A DNA stretch of 64,000 nt from Chiloscyllium plagiosum. Taxonomy: Eukaryota. The stretch lies in contig NC_057720.1 of the NCBI RefSeq assembly GCF_004010195.1, positions 10,175,165-10,239,164 of the forward strand. Direction: 5' to 3'. The translations under genes were made by a program, and so were the position numbers. Under the pieces are notes generated by a model that saw only the letters and a list, made by a program, of their open reading frames with translations, was not told where the DNA came from and searched no databases. Shown here piece after piece: positions 12,291 to 24,636 of this stretch. The stretch's first letter is position 1; each line of letters opens with the position of its first letter.

Positions 12291-12454
12291 AGGCCTTTCC
12301 AATATCCACTATCATTTCAAGGCATGATAAATCAACAATGTATTTCATATGATCAGTCAAAAATAGATATTAGGGAGGGTTGGTCTTGAAGGAGGAGAGG
12401 TGAGGGAATTTAACAAATTACACCCAGATTATGGAACCTAGATATTGTCAGCCT

Positions 12455-12980
12455 GCTCCCTATCTACAAGGTACAAGTCAGGAGTGTGATGAAATACTCC
12501 CCAGTTGCCTCATGAGTGCAGTTCCAACAACACTCAAGAAGCTTGACACTTTCCAGGACAAAGTGACCTGCTTGATTGGCACAAACAATCACTCCCTCCA
12601 TCACCATCAGTCAGTAGCAATGTCGCCCACATTCCAGATATGCTGCAATATTTCACCAAGGCTCCTTAGACAGCACCTTCCAAACCCATGTGCATTTCTA
12701 TCCCAAAGGAAAAAGGGAGCAGATACATGAAAACACTATCACCTACATGTTCTCTGCCAAGCCAAGCACCATCTAGACTTGGAAATCTCATCGATTTTTC
12801 ATCAGTGAGTTTAAATCTGGGAACCCCCTCCTTAACCTGGGTACTGCCTTCCTTATGAGTGAACCTACATCAAATAGATTGCAGCAGTTCAAGAAGGCAG
12901 TTCATCACCACCTACTCAAGGGCCAACCAAAGACAAGTAATTAATACATTGTCCGTGTCTCATGAGTGAATTTCTAAAAA
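12455..12980 (+). mobile_element. LINE 3' fragment related to 2045-2850
   Basis: Shared sequence (ccaacaacactcaagaagcttgacac; gcagcagttcaagaaggcag). Confidence 0.7.
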
Positions 12981-13819
12981 TCACTGGATGAAGAGAGGGT
13001 AAAATGCACAAGAAACCAGATTCAGAAGGATGGAAAGGTGTAAGGGAAGGATATTTAACAAGGGTTAGTTGGAGGACTGGACGAGCTGACAGAAGCAGTG
13101 TGAGACTGAACCAGACTATTGCAACGTCAGCATTCTATTTGACTTAGAACTCCTGAAACAAATATAAAAGTGCATAAATATGCTGTACCTGCTTTTCAGC
13201 TTCCAAGCATATTAAACCACTACTCAAAAGGAATAGATCTGCATTTCTGGGTAAGAATTATGAATGATGTATCAGTTATATTAGAGGAGGTAAGGAAATT
13301 GACGTACATTCCCTACACATGTTTAAGGACACTTGTATAAAGCTTTCTCATGCATCCTCATACTTTCCCTGAAACAGTACTAAAAACTTGCAATTACTCT
13401 CATCAATAACCTTTGTGTTCAGTTTGTTCTGAACTATATGGGGTGGGTCCACACCCACATGGAATTTAAAATTGGAAAATAAAAGTTATTACTCTGACTT
13501 TATATTAGCTTAAAATTCCCATGGCAATGTGCTACGTGATATGTCCCATGCAAGTAGCAACCCCTCCAGCCCCCTGTTTGTAAAACTACTTTAGCCAATC
13601 AAAGCTCATCTAAGAGATTACATCAGGGTTGCCAATACTGGTTAGATATGTTTGAGCTCTTTCCTTCATCTGCACCCTAACCTCTCACCCTACATTACTA
13701 TGTTGGCTCCTTAATCTGTTCACCCTGATGAACCACTACCTTCCTACCCCATTTGGAAAACATCTAAACTCTTTACATGACAAGATGAATTTGAGCCTTC
13801 CCATCTTAAATTTTGTTTT

Positions 13820-14612
13820 AGAATCACAGAATCCCTACAGTATGGAAGCAGGCCATTTGGCCCATCCTGACCCTCTGACCAGCATCTCCATCAGACCTAC
13901 ATCCCTGTACCCTACTTTTCCCATGACTAACCCATCTAGCCTGCATATCCCTGAATGGAATAGGGCAATTCGGTGCAGCCACTTTGGCGCGAGCGATTCG
14001 GCACAGCCGGTTTGGCGCGACCCATTTCGGCACAGACCCATTTCGGCGCAGATCTGTTTTGTAGTTATTCAGTAGTAGTTATTAAACTACTATTATTAAA
14101 ATTATTAAAATTATTAAAATAAAACATATTAATATACAAATTATTAAAATAGAATAAAACCTGTTAAAATGCCATCAACAATTTTGTATTTGCCTTATTT
14201 CTTTCATTTTTAATTTTCTTTTTAACATTTTTACTGAAGAGGATAAACATTATTTTTCTTTGTATTGCTTTCATTAATGCTTGTAAATAATCCTGAAAAG
14301 GAATAAATAAGAGCTGTGCCGAATCGCTCGTGCCGAAATGGGTCTGTGCCGAAATGGGTCGCGTCAACCCGGCCACGCTGAATCACTCGCGCCAAAGTGG
14401 CTGCGCCGAATGGTCCTACACCCATCCCTGAACGCTATGGGCAATTAGCATGGCCAAACCACCTAACCTGCACATCTTTTTACTGTAGGAGCAAACTAGA
14501 GCACCCAAAGAAAACAGGGAGAACATGCAAACTCCACACAGACATTCACCCAAGAATGGAATCAAACCCGGGTCCCTAGTGCTGTGAGGCAGCAGTGTTA
14601 ACCACTGCCTGC
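13820..14612 (-). mobile_element. HE1-type tRNA-derived SINE interrupted by a MITE
   Basis: Similar to SINE copies at 21810-22128, 25505-25815 and 52900-53210. Confidence 0.8.
13956..14423. mobile_element. Foldback-type MITE with ~100-bp sub-repeated TIRs and a 9-bp TSD
   Basis: ATCCCTGAA at 13947-13955 and 14424-14432; arms built of (A/T)TTCGGC(A/G)C units; AT-rich spacer. Confidence 0.88.
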
Positions 14613-15418
14613 CACCTTAATTCATAATTTAATGTGTCTGAAAAGGATGGGAAAAGAAATCTTAATACCTATGATTTGAGTTTCATGCTACATGGTGTCA
14701 TGCTGGAAACAAAACCAAAAATGGTAAGTCCTGAAAACATGAAGCTGATTGGTCAGTGTCAGAAAGAGAAATGAGAATACTTCAGGGGAAATTTAATTAT
14801 TTAATTCTTGGAGATTCCAAGATTATTGTTGTTCCAAACTTTCCTCATCGAGGGGAGTAGTTTTTTCTCAATCTGGCCTATTGAATATTTTACTGAATGT
14901 AATATCACCATTGCATGTAAATTCTGGGCTTGAACCCTCTGGAATGTTAACAACAGAAATGAACAGTAATGTCATTCCATGCTAGTCATCAAAGCTCTCC
15001 TTTGAAGTATCCTCATTTCTCTTTCTGACATTGACCAATTTGCTTCATGTCTTCAGGACTTTCCATTTTTGTTTTTGTTTCCAGAATTCAGAAGTTTTTT
15101 TTTCTTTTCCTTGATGCATTTATGTATTTATTCAAAACGTGAAAGTGATCAATTTCCATGACAATTTTTTTGTTCAATTGTTCCGCACTCAGTTTATCAC
15201 GTTCAGGATCTGCTCCAAGTGATTTATCCATTCTTCACTGAAGATAGACCAACTACATTCAGTCAGGTGATGGAAATTTGTCAAATCTGATCTGTGGGTA
15301 TCCTGAAAATGGAGGCTCTTGGGTTGTCTCTTTCAACTGTTACAAAGATAACAATTACATGGCCTTTCTCAGAATCAACAGCACAAAGTCAAAATATGTC
15401 TATGATTACACAGCCAGT

Positions 15419-15902
15419 AAGTATGATGGATGTATGTTTGCTTGCTGAGCTGGAAGGTTCATTTTCAGATGTTTCATCACCATACTAGGTAACATCATCA
15501 ATGAGCCTCCAGTAAAGCACTGGCGTTATGGCCCACTTTTTATTTATGTATTTAGGTTTCCTTGGGTTGGTGACGTAATTTCCTGTGGTGACGCCATTCC
15601 CATGGCGATGTCATTTCAGGTTCTTGTGCGAGTGGGTCATGTCTTTTTGTGGCTTGTTGTCTGTAAGTTCATTAGCTGCTGGTGTAGTGTCTTGGTGGGT
15701 TTGTGGACTACCGTGATGTCAAGAGGTCTGAGTAGTCTGGCAGTCATTTCCAAGATGTCTTTGATGTAGGGGAGAGTGGCTTGTGTTTCTGGACACATTT
15801 TGTCTGCTTGTTTGGATTTGTTGCTGAGAAATTGGTGGGTTGTGTTCATTTGGTACCCTTTTGTTCTGAATAGGTGATTTACCTCTACTCTTCATAGTTC
15901 CT
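15419..15902 (-). mobile_element. Penelope-like element, left part (interrupted by ERV-B)
   Basis: ATLPYIKDILEMTARLLRPL; the sequence resumes at 24637. Confidence 0.85.
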
Positions 15903-16588
15903 CGAGGATCTGAAATTTGAATTTAGGCTGTTGTCAGAAACAACAAGTACATGTAGATTTTTATTAACCACAAAATGGCTTCTCAGTTTAAAATAACACA
16001 ACAAAATGGCTGAAAGTAATGATTTGACTCTGTTAATTTGTCCTGCTGCTTTGCAGAATTAAGCTAAAATACAAAGATAAGAGAGAACAGTGGATTTTTC
16101 ATATTATGAATCATAAGACAGTGATTTGGTATTCAAACTAACCTTTAACTGCTAGCGTGAGATGGTGATCTATGTAAATTAAGAATCCTTTCCCAGGGAA
16201 TATCATTGGGATTAGCCTGTTGTCAATCATGTCACCATATTACAGTTGATTGGAATTTTCTTGTAATTAAGAACCCTTTCCCAGGAAATATCATTGGAAT
16301 AATCTGCTGTAAATGATGTCACCTTATTATATGTGATTGGTCTTTTATTGTAATTAAGGCTGTACTACCTCTTAAAAAAACATATAAATAATGTGTAATT
16401 TTCGAATGTAATTGTACCATTTCTCCACGGAACACAGACACTTTTAACCTCCGTGTTGCTGGACAAATCTGCGCCAGGCTGCCTTAAATTATTAAACTGG
16501 TAACCTTGCTTTAAACAGACAAGACTCCTAGTGATTCTTTTGACCGATCTTGAACCGAGAGTCCTTTTTGGAGGGGTCTAGATCCTCA
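15903..16588 (+). repeat. 5' LTR of ERV-B
   Basis: Direct repeat of 24052-24636; TATAAA ~16383, ATTAAA ~16491; carries an extra ~88-bp U3 unit. Confidence 0.92.
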
Positions 16589-16590
16589 TT

Positions 16591-16608
16591 TGGTGCCGTG
16601 ACTCTTGC
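16591..16608 (+). promoter_or_regulatory. Primer-binding site, tRNA-His
   Basis: TGGTGCCGTGACTC matches the first 14 nt of the His PBS TGGTGCCGTGACTCGGAT. Confidence 0.85.
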
Positions 16609-16992
16609 TTCAGCATGGACAGATTGTAGACAGCAGTGTAAGAGCCTTGCGTCCTTCACTGTTGAGTGTTAAGGAATGTGGCTGGCCAGACATGAGTATT
16701 TTATATGCTTTTGGTTTTCCTCTTCATTCAAGTTGTGTCCGACCTGACCCCTCGCTGTCTATTTTCTAGTCCAGTCCGAAAGGATCAGTCTTGGCTGGGG
16801 AAGGGTTAAGACAACCCTATATTAAAAAAAAGGGGCGAGTGACATCTAAGGACAGACTTGAGATACAGATCTGACAACAAAGAGAGAGAGAGTTGTGAAC
16901 CTCTCAGAGCTGAGAAACTCCAATTTGGTTGGATTGGCATTATTTAAATTGGCACTTAAATTGTTCTGTGAGATAAGGAAGTTTGTTTAAAG

Positions 16993-18603
16993 ATGGATAA
17001 TCACATAGATAAGATGGAAGATCCGTCTTCACGGTTCTTAAAATATGTGAGAAGTTTGCAGAAAAATCCAGAGCCTTTCAAAAACTTTCTGCCACCCTAA
17101 ATAAAGAATTGGGTGATGAGCAGTGCTGGATTAGTGGTGCTGGAAGAGCACAGCAGTTCAAGCAGCATCCAAGGAGCTTGGCCAATCAGTGGCCCTAAAA
17201 CTATTCAATTGATCAAATCAGTCCGGCAAATGATTTGACAAAGGAACAAGAATTCCATGACAAAGGAACTAATTGGACTGCGGAGACAATATTATGATGA
17301 AACTCATAAAGAATCAGTTTTGTGCTCATGGCAGGATAATGCCACTAAATTGGGAATTGAGCTAACTGCTGATGGTGCCATGAAATCTATTGAGGCCCGC
17401 AAAAATGAATGCCCTCGAGCAAAACACCAACAGAAACAAAAGGAGAAGTCTCTCATGGCTGGTAAGCAAATTCCTGGTCCCCCACCCCCTCTCCAGTTCA
17501 CTGACCCTGTTGCTTTCAACACTCATAATCAGTGAAGATTGAAACAGCATAGATCCTCTAATAAACAACTCATGCAGCAATTAGAAACCTCTTTAAATTC
17601 CTCTTCTGTAAGTGCCAAAGGCGAAGCACCCACAATAGAAATGTTCCCTGTAAAGGAACAACCGAACCCACAAGCTGCTGTCCCTAATGCCACAATCCAT
17701 GTTTATTGCCCTTGGAAGCCCCATGAAGTTATGTTCATCCTCAGTAATGCACCGGACTGCTACAAGACTCCTCAGCAGTTCGCTGAGTTTTTAAACACCA
17801 CAATTAAAGTTTATAATGGTAATGCAAAAGACCTTTGGGCACTTCTGCAGCAAGTGATTACCGGCTCTGAAAATGCCCGTTTTATTGAATACATTAATTA
17901 TGACAACTTTACTGCTTTCAGTAATGCTGTTGTCCAAGAACAACAGCGACAAGATAATATTCTTGCTGCTGCATTTGCTATATTAGTAGACTTTACTCGT
18001 ATCCTTGAACTTAGCCCCAAAAATAAGGAGTCTGCTGAAAATTATTTGGAACATTTTAGAGAATGTTATGAGCCCTACTCTGGCGATTGGGCTTGGAATT
18101 TAAATGCTATTAATGCTCAGTACAATCTATGCTATTAAACTTCCTGCCATCCTCTTTGGTCACAGCAGTCAAAACAAACAATCTAGACTGGGTTGAAGCC
18201 ACCCCTAATCAACTCCATTGTTCTACTAGGGCCTGGTGGAATCATCAGAGTGAAGACAGACCACCAATCCATATAAAATCAAAATTTGTAGTCCGAGAGG
18301 AGGCACCGCAACAACTACCCGTGCATCATAGTAGCAGCCCTACAGCCATTCGAGGCTGCAGTCATGGGAATGGCAGAGGGAGGGACTCCCCCTCGGCGTC
18401 TGTCCCAGGCCTGTTTTAATCGTAACAGCCTATATAACGGGGCTGACTTGAAACTGCCTTACTTGGGCAGTACCCTCCATTGGACCTCTAATTTCCCTAG
18501 AAGGGCCACACAGGGAAACCAAGGAAGTTTTCATGAGAATTACCCTCAGAACCCCTATGACACTTGGGATAAACCTCCTGATAACAGTCATCCTCCACCA
18601 TAA
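16993..18603 (+). pseudogene. gag: ERV-B gag (stops/frameshifts; small PLE insert ~17126-17178)
   Basis: Consecutive ORFs 17257-17535, 17539-18138, 18129-18419, 18364-18603; Pro-rich linker (PGPPPPL), capsid-like VYCPWKPHE, MHR-like KNKESAENYLEHF, degenerate zinc knuckles (CFN.NSLY; GSTLHWTSN.P). Confidence 0.8.
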
Positions 18604-19504
18604 GCAAGAGACAGAGGACAAATCACCAATTTTTCACAAAATAGTCCTTTTTCCCGAGTCAAAAGTTGGATGGTTGGCTACTCATTAGACTTGTTGTTTG
18701 TTGTACCTGTCATATCTGTTTGGCTTGGCTTGCTTTTTTCTTCGTTTTCATGATTGTTCTTTGTTTTTGAAATATGGAATGTGGCTGTTGTTCTTGATGT
18801 GTTAAAAGATACAGCTGGCCAGGGGTACACAGCCAGGATTTATGAGACTAAACTCCCAAGCTAAAAACTGAGATATTGTGTGTGTGCGTGTGTGAGAGAG
18901 AGAGAGAGGGAGAGAGCAGCTTGTAGAAAGCTTAACCCTTTGTGATTCGGTTTGAATGCACATGTGTTTGTTGGTGATTGAATGCTTGTGCTTTGTTCCC
19001 TGGGATCTGGGAGTGTTTTGAATCTGATTTGCATTTTGGAAATTTACCTTGATTTCTTTTAAGGTTAAGGATCCTTCAGTGATTGTAAAATAAAATATTA
19101 ACTCCTGCTCTTTTTATGGTCATGACTGCCCTACTGTCAGTTTCTAACAAATCTCTTTTATCCTTACATGAAAGCTAACCGCATTTGATTTCAAATCAAT
19201 TTAATACGGAGGAAGACAACATTATGACTTTTTTTTGTTTCAGACTCGTTTGTTTCCACTTAATTTTAAGACTGCTGTGTTTCATTGGTGATTATTGGTA
19301 AGGCCAGTTGTAGTCTTATTGAGGGAGTCCCCTCCTTCAATGATGATTGAAGTTTCAATTTAACATCAGGTTGTGATAAATCATGTAACAAAAATAATAT
19401 CCTATGGTTAATATCTGTGTCTTTGGATTTGGCCATTATTCATGCATTAGACGTTTTTTTTTTATCTGAGTAGACAAGACCTTTTAAGGCAGCTCCAGTT
19501 ATTT

Positions 19505-19638
19505 GCTGAAATTGTGTTGCTGGAAAAGCGCAGCAGGTCAGGCAGCATCCAAGGAAGGATGCTGCCTGACCTGCTGCGCTTTTCCAGCAACACATTTTCA
19601 GCTCTGATCTCCAGCATCTGCAGTCCTCACTTTCTCCT
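19505..19638. mobile_element. Palindromic mini-PLE insertion
   Basis: Inverted arms; TSD AGCTCCAGTTATTT at 19491-19504 and 19639-19652. Confidence 0.85.
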
Positions 19639-20021
19639 AGCTCCAGTTATTTCACAATCTATAGCATTGTAAATGAGTACTGACTGGTCAGGACCACTTA
19701 AGGAACCTAATCTTGGATTTAAATTAAGGAACTAAAACCAGGCAATTATAGTGGATTTCAAAGTTGGAAACTGTATACATTTTTAATGTTAAATATTTAA
19801 AAAAAAATTGCCAATTTATATTGATGACTTTTAAGAAGTCTTAGTCATGTGTTGAGTTTCCACCCTGAATTATAGATAATGATTATTTTATTTATTATTT
19901 TATAATAATATTTTATAATATTTATAATAATCAATTGTATTAATTGGCAGGTTCGCATGTTTTTATTTCTTTACACATTGTCAGTGACATGTCTCATTGC
20001 CTCATGGTTAATTTAAAACAT

Positions 20022-20221
20022 AGTTAAAAATCACACACCAGGTTATAGACTAATAGGTTTAATTGGAAGCACTAGCTTTCGGAGTGCTGCTCCTTCATCA
20101 GGTGGTTGTGGATGAAGGAGCAGCGCTCCAAAAGCTAGTGCTTCCAATTAAACCTGTTGGACTATAACCTGGTGGTGTGATTTTTAACTTTGTACACTCC
20201 AGTCCAACACCGACATCTCCA
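20022..20221. mobile_element. Palindromic mini-PLE insertion (second family)
   Basis: Inverted arms; TSD AATTTAAAACAT at 20010-20021 and 20222-20233. Confidence 0.85.
20070..20104 (-). ncRNA. Minimal hammerhead ribozyme motif (PLE family 2)
   Basis: CAC-CTGATGA-A-GGAG-cagca-CTCC-GAAAGCTA-GTG: stem I CAC/GTG, stem II GGAG/CTCC, palindromic AGCT stem III. Confidence 0.7.
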
Positions 20222-21454
20222 AATTTAAAACATGGCTGCATTAATTTGTTGTTAATTAAAGAATGGAAAGCTACCTTAATGACCACTTGAAGAAATTCTA
20301 CATGTGACTGGGGGATAGGGATAGACTCCCAAAAGCTGGGGAGGTGATAAAGAACTTAGGCTCGGGATTCCAAGTAGAATCTATGTCTGGCATACCGACC
20401 CTTTTTGAGGATTGGGATTTTGTTTCTATATACCCGTTGAGCCTCTAACATCTCCTGATTGTCTCCAGCCTTAATTTAATTCACGCATTTGTTACAAACC
20501 TTTCCTCTTTTTCAAAATGAAGCATCCAGGTTTCATAGCTGATATCATGGGGATGAGTGAGCTATGCCATCCCAAACTGGGTCCCATCCCGGGAATTAGA
20601 GTTATGTTAATGAAGCATGTCCCTAACTGAAAACCAAGCCAGCCCAATTTGCTCAGTATGTCCAAGGGTGATGCAAATGTAACTGCAGTGAAATTCTGGG
20701 AGTAACCTGAATACGAATGGCTGTGTTACAATACTGAAATATGTGCCCTTCTGTCTGATGGAAGTGACATACAATTAAACAATGTCGAGAAGCTCATTTA
20801 CCTTTGTTTAATCCTATGCTTTTGCAATGTTTTCCATCTGGAGTCACTGACAGGATCCAGACCAATAGTACAAACCAGTCCAGGGATTTCCAGTTGCAAA
20901 TGAAGTGAGCAGTGGTTTTCTATTGGGATGGCCAGAACCGGACTGAACCACAATGCAAGTTATTGGTAAAACTGATTATATCCAGCACCCTTGCGATCCC
21001 AAATGCTGTATGCCAGCCCTGATAGGGTTGATTGGAACCAGGATACCCACTAGGGGCAGAACCTACCTCATGTGCCCACCAGACAACCACTGCTGGACAA
21101 CCTTTTCCCGAAGGGATCCTGAAAATGCGGACAGGCAGGCCCCGGCATTTCACCTTTGAGACTGGCAATAAGACAACAAATCACCCAGGGACAAATGCCT
21201 GGCCCTTGCATTAACTGTAGAAATGTGGCCAATGGGGAGTAATGTGTCTTTAATGTTATCTCGGAGCTGACGTTGGGAATCAACATGCTTTCATCCTATC
21301 AAAAGGAAAGTCCACTAATAAAAGCTGACTCTTCATTGTGCTTTTATTATGACCCATGATTTTTGAGCCTTGTGGGAACATGGAAGACTTTTATCCCCTA
21401 AGGAGGGAGCGTTATAGTAATGCTATTTTGTCCAATCAATTTGACAGTTATCAA

Positions 21455-21810
21455 GATGATCGGCTCATGCTGAGGAAACTGATACTGTTTCTAAAGTAGT
21501 GGGCAAGTGGATGCTGCTGCCAAGCAGGCAGTCTCACACCCCAAACTTCTGGTCCCATTGGGTCCCCAGCAAAACCTGGTTAGGCACAGTATAAGGATGG
21601 GTATGCCTGACCTGGATAAGCTGCAGAAATCACGGGGCAAGTCCCTGCTGAAGAGCACAAATTATGGTCTCAAATAGGGTATTCCCTCAATACTCAAACC
21701 AGAATATGGGTGACCCCCTACTAGATTAGTTTATGTTCCTTCTTTGCTGCTGCCTATTTTAATTGATTATGTGTATTTTGCATATACTTATATTCAAGGA
21801 GGAAATGGTT
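21455..21810 (+). pseudogene. pol: ERV-B pol remnant (RNase H C-terminus to integrase N-terminus)
   Basis: AHAEETDTVSK/GQVDAAAKQAV (RNase H end) then VPAEEHKLWSQIG..IWVTP..VYVPSLLLPILIDYV. Confidence 0.7.
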
Positions 21811-22128
21811 TAGATTAGATTCCCTAAAGTGTGGAAACAGGCCCTTCAGCCCAACAAGTCCACACCGACCCTCCAAAGAGTAACCCACCCCCCTCTGACT
21901 AATGCACCTAACAACTATGGTCGATTTAGCATGGCCAATTCACCTGACCTGCACATCTTTGGAATGTGGGATGAAACTGGAGTACCCAAAGGAAACCCAC
22001 GCACCCACATTCACCCACGGGGAGAATGTGCAAACTCCACACAGACAGTCACCCAAGGCTGTAATCGAACCTGGGACCCTGGCACTGTGAGGCAGCTGTG
22101 CTAACCACGGAGCCACCGTGCTGTCCAA
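21810..22128 (-). mobile_element. HE1-type tRNA-derived SINE inside ERV-B
   Basis: Minus-strand A box TGGCTCCGTGG and B box GGTTCGATTAC; tail shared with other copies. Confidence 0.85.
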
Positions 22129-22149
22129 ATATAAATAATATACTTTATT

Positions 22150-23967
22150 ACAATGGACACTCTGCAGTCTTCAACCTTGCAAGGAGTGAGATGATAAAGA
22201 TCGACCTTGCCTACTGTGTGGACTTCCATTGCCAGCATTGGTGCACAAGAAGGGACAATTTACCTGTGCGATCCTGAGCAACCAGAGACTGTGTACCAAC
22301 TATGCCAGGAAGATGTCCTTGTGTGCCAAGAGATTGAATGTTACCAAGAATGAGTATTGTAGTGGTCAATTGCAACAAAAAGATTGAACAGTTAATTTAC
22401 AGAACAAGTCTAAATGGTCTTTACCCTGTAAAGGTGTTGTGTGCCAGTTTGATTTCATTTGTACTATGAGCATTCCTGGTAAGCCTTGTCCCCTTTCAGA
22501 TAGATCATGTAGTAAAAGAGAAAAATGGGAATGTTATCCTTCACTAACAATTTGTTTCTAGAAACCCATAATAAAATATTTGGAGAGGATGAAGTAGTTT
22601 TTTTATGCCCTTACTTCAGCAAGAGACTCCCTTTTATCCTTCCAAATCCTAACATGGGAGTATAGAATAGTTCTACAGGACATAATATCTCTTTTCATTA
22701 TTACCGTCCCCACCTGCTACTTGTTTAAGGACTTCCTCCTATAAATCCGTGATATCCTATCCAAATTGCTACAATGGTAAGGGATGAGGGTGAACTTATA
22801 TAAGAGTGTCTAAAATTATCCCCTGTGCTATGATTAAATGTATCAGTCATCACTGCTTCCCTGAAGGATCTTGCATTTCATGCATATGCCTTAAAGAGGA
22901 ATATGTCTCTATTACCACTGGTATTCAAACCCTTTGTGGGGTGGGTAACACACCCACCTTCATTATGATACTCCTAATGGCACTAATGTTTTCCCAATTA
23001 TTGGATGGATAGAACCATTCTGGTATGTCAACCACATCTCTTATCAAGAGACCCACCTCATTCGATTAAATGATTTTTAGCATTTACATTCGGGACCAAA
23101 CTATGTAATCATGGATTACCCAGATACTCCAGGAAGTCACAAAGATAGGCCTGTTTCTTATTGGAAAGGTCCACCCGTTATCTATAATAAACCAGGATAT
23201 TATTTTTTGTGTTATAATAAGGCATCTAAATACCTTGTCCTGAATAGAACAAGTACTTCTCATGCTGTAGCTGTAGGAACACTATTTCCAACTATTGTTC
23301 CCTGTCCAATTACCTGACAACGAGATTCGAATTCCCCTGTTAAAAGATCAGTTTTTTCTGACTTTTGTGCTGAATGGAAGAATCCAAAAGCTCTATTAAA
23401 AAGTAAAACTCACTCATTGGCATATGCAGCTCTTAGTGTCCTTTCCGTAAGAGGGTCTTTAGGAGTTATTACTCATCAAAACTGTAATTATCTCATTTGT
23501 GGACTTTCAATTTTGTGAAATGAGATGACTGCTTCTCCTAATAGAAATTAAGGACATGCTTTCAGAATTACACCAATTTACCCAACAAACCCACAATGCC
23601 CTCGAATACAAACTTGCGAAGGAAGTAGTAGTCAAAGGAAAGTGCATCATGAGGGTCACTAATTTTATTGAAAACATTACCAGACAAAGATAACATCAGT
23701 GCTTTTGTCAGCCAAATGAATGAAGGTGCAGGATGGAGAAATTGGGGTTATGGTTCACGGTACAACTGGCTAATCAATATGGCTCTGTATGCTGCTATTA
23801 TTTTAGTTGGTTTTTTTGTTGGTATTGCTGTTGTTAAGTGTATTATTGCTAAAATATTCGCTTCTACTGACAACATTGGTTCCACCCAGAAAATACTTCA
23901 TCTCCACTTAGTTGATGATGAGGAAGCACCATTGCCTGCCCCAGTTCCTCTTTGGAGGAAGAGGTAG
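22150..23967 (+). pseudogene. env: ERV-B env (SU-TM), disrupted
   Basis: Cys-rich SU fragments; PGYYFLC; VKR|S cleavage-like site ~23340; fusion-peptide-like LAYAALSVLSV.GSLGV; ISD-like QQTHNALEYKLAKE; TM NWLINMALYAAIILVGFFVGIAVVKCII. The 5' boundary is approximate. Confidence 0.85.
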
Positions 23968-24051
23968 TATGGCAGTCTTTCGCTGCCATTGAATTGGATT
24001 AATTTGATCCATGGCTTCTTGATGTGGTCATGGAATGACCAAAGTGGGAAA

Positions 24052-24636
24052 TGAGGATCTAAAATTTGAATTTAGGCTATTGTCAGAAGCAACAGATATA
24101 TGTAGATTTTTATTAACCTCAAAATGGCTTTTCAATTTAAAATAACACAACAAAATGACTGAAAGTAATGATTTGACTGTGAACTTGTACTGCTGCTTTA
24201 CAGAATTAAGCTAAAATACAACGATAAGAGAGAACAATGGATTTTTCATAATATGAATCATAAGACAGTGATTCAAACTAACCTTGAACTGTTAGTCTGA
24301 GATAGTGATCAACGTAAATTAAGAACCCTTTCCCAGGAAATATCATTGGATTAATCTGCTGTAAATCATGTCACCTTATTATGTGATTGGTCTTGTCTTG
24401 TAATTAAGGCTGTTTTATCTCTTAAAAAAATATAAATAATGTGTAATTTTCAAATGAAGTTGCGCCATTTCTCCACGGAACACAGAAGCTTTTAACCTCC
24501 GTGTTGCTGGACAAATCTGCGCCAGGCTGCCTTAATTTATTAAACTGGTAACCTTGCTTTAAACAGACCATACTCCTAGTGATTCTTTTGACTGATCCCG
24601 AGACTGAGAGGCCCAGCAAGAGTGTCTAGATCTTCA
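24052..24636 (+). repeat. 3' LTR of ERV-B
   Basis: TGAGGATCT...AGATCTTCA after the PPT at 24041-24051. Confidence 0.92.

Larger units (their letters stand above)
15903..24636 (+). mobile_element. Endogenous retrovirus ERV-B (class I/epsilon-like; LTR-gag-partial pol-env-LTR), defective
   Basis: LTRs 15903-16588 and 24052-24636 with (T)GAGGATCT...AGATC(C/T)TCA ends; His PBS; PPT AAAGTGGGAAA; gag and env remnants. Confidence 0.93.

Noticed and set aside
14780..15400. Possible minus-strand exons in unique sequence
   Set aside because: Acceptor-like sites are present but frames are interrupted and unidentifiable.
21810..22128. tRNA gene (A/B boxes)
   Set aside because: tRNA-derived head of a multi-copy SINE, not a full cloverleaf gene.
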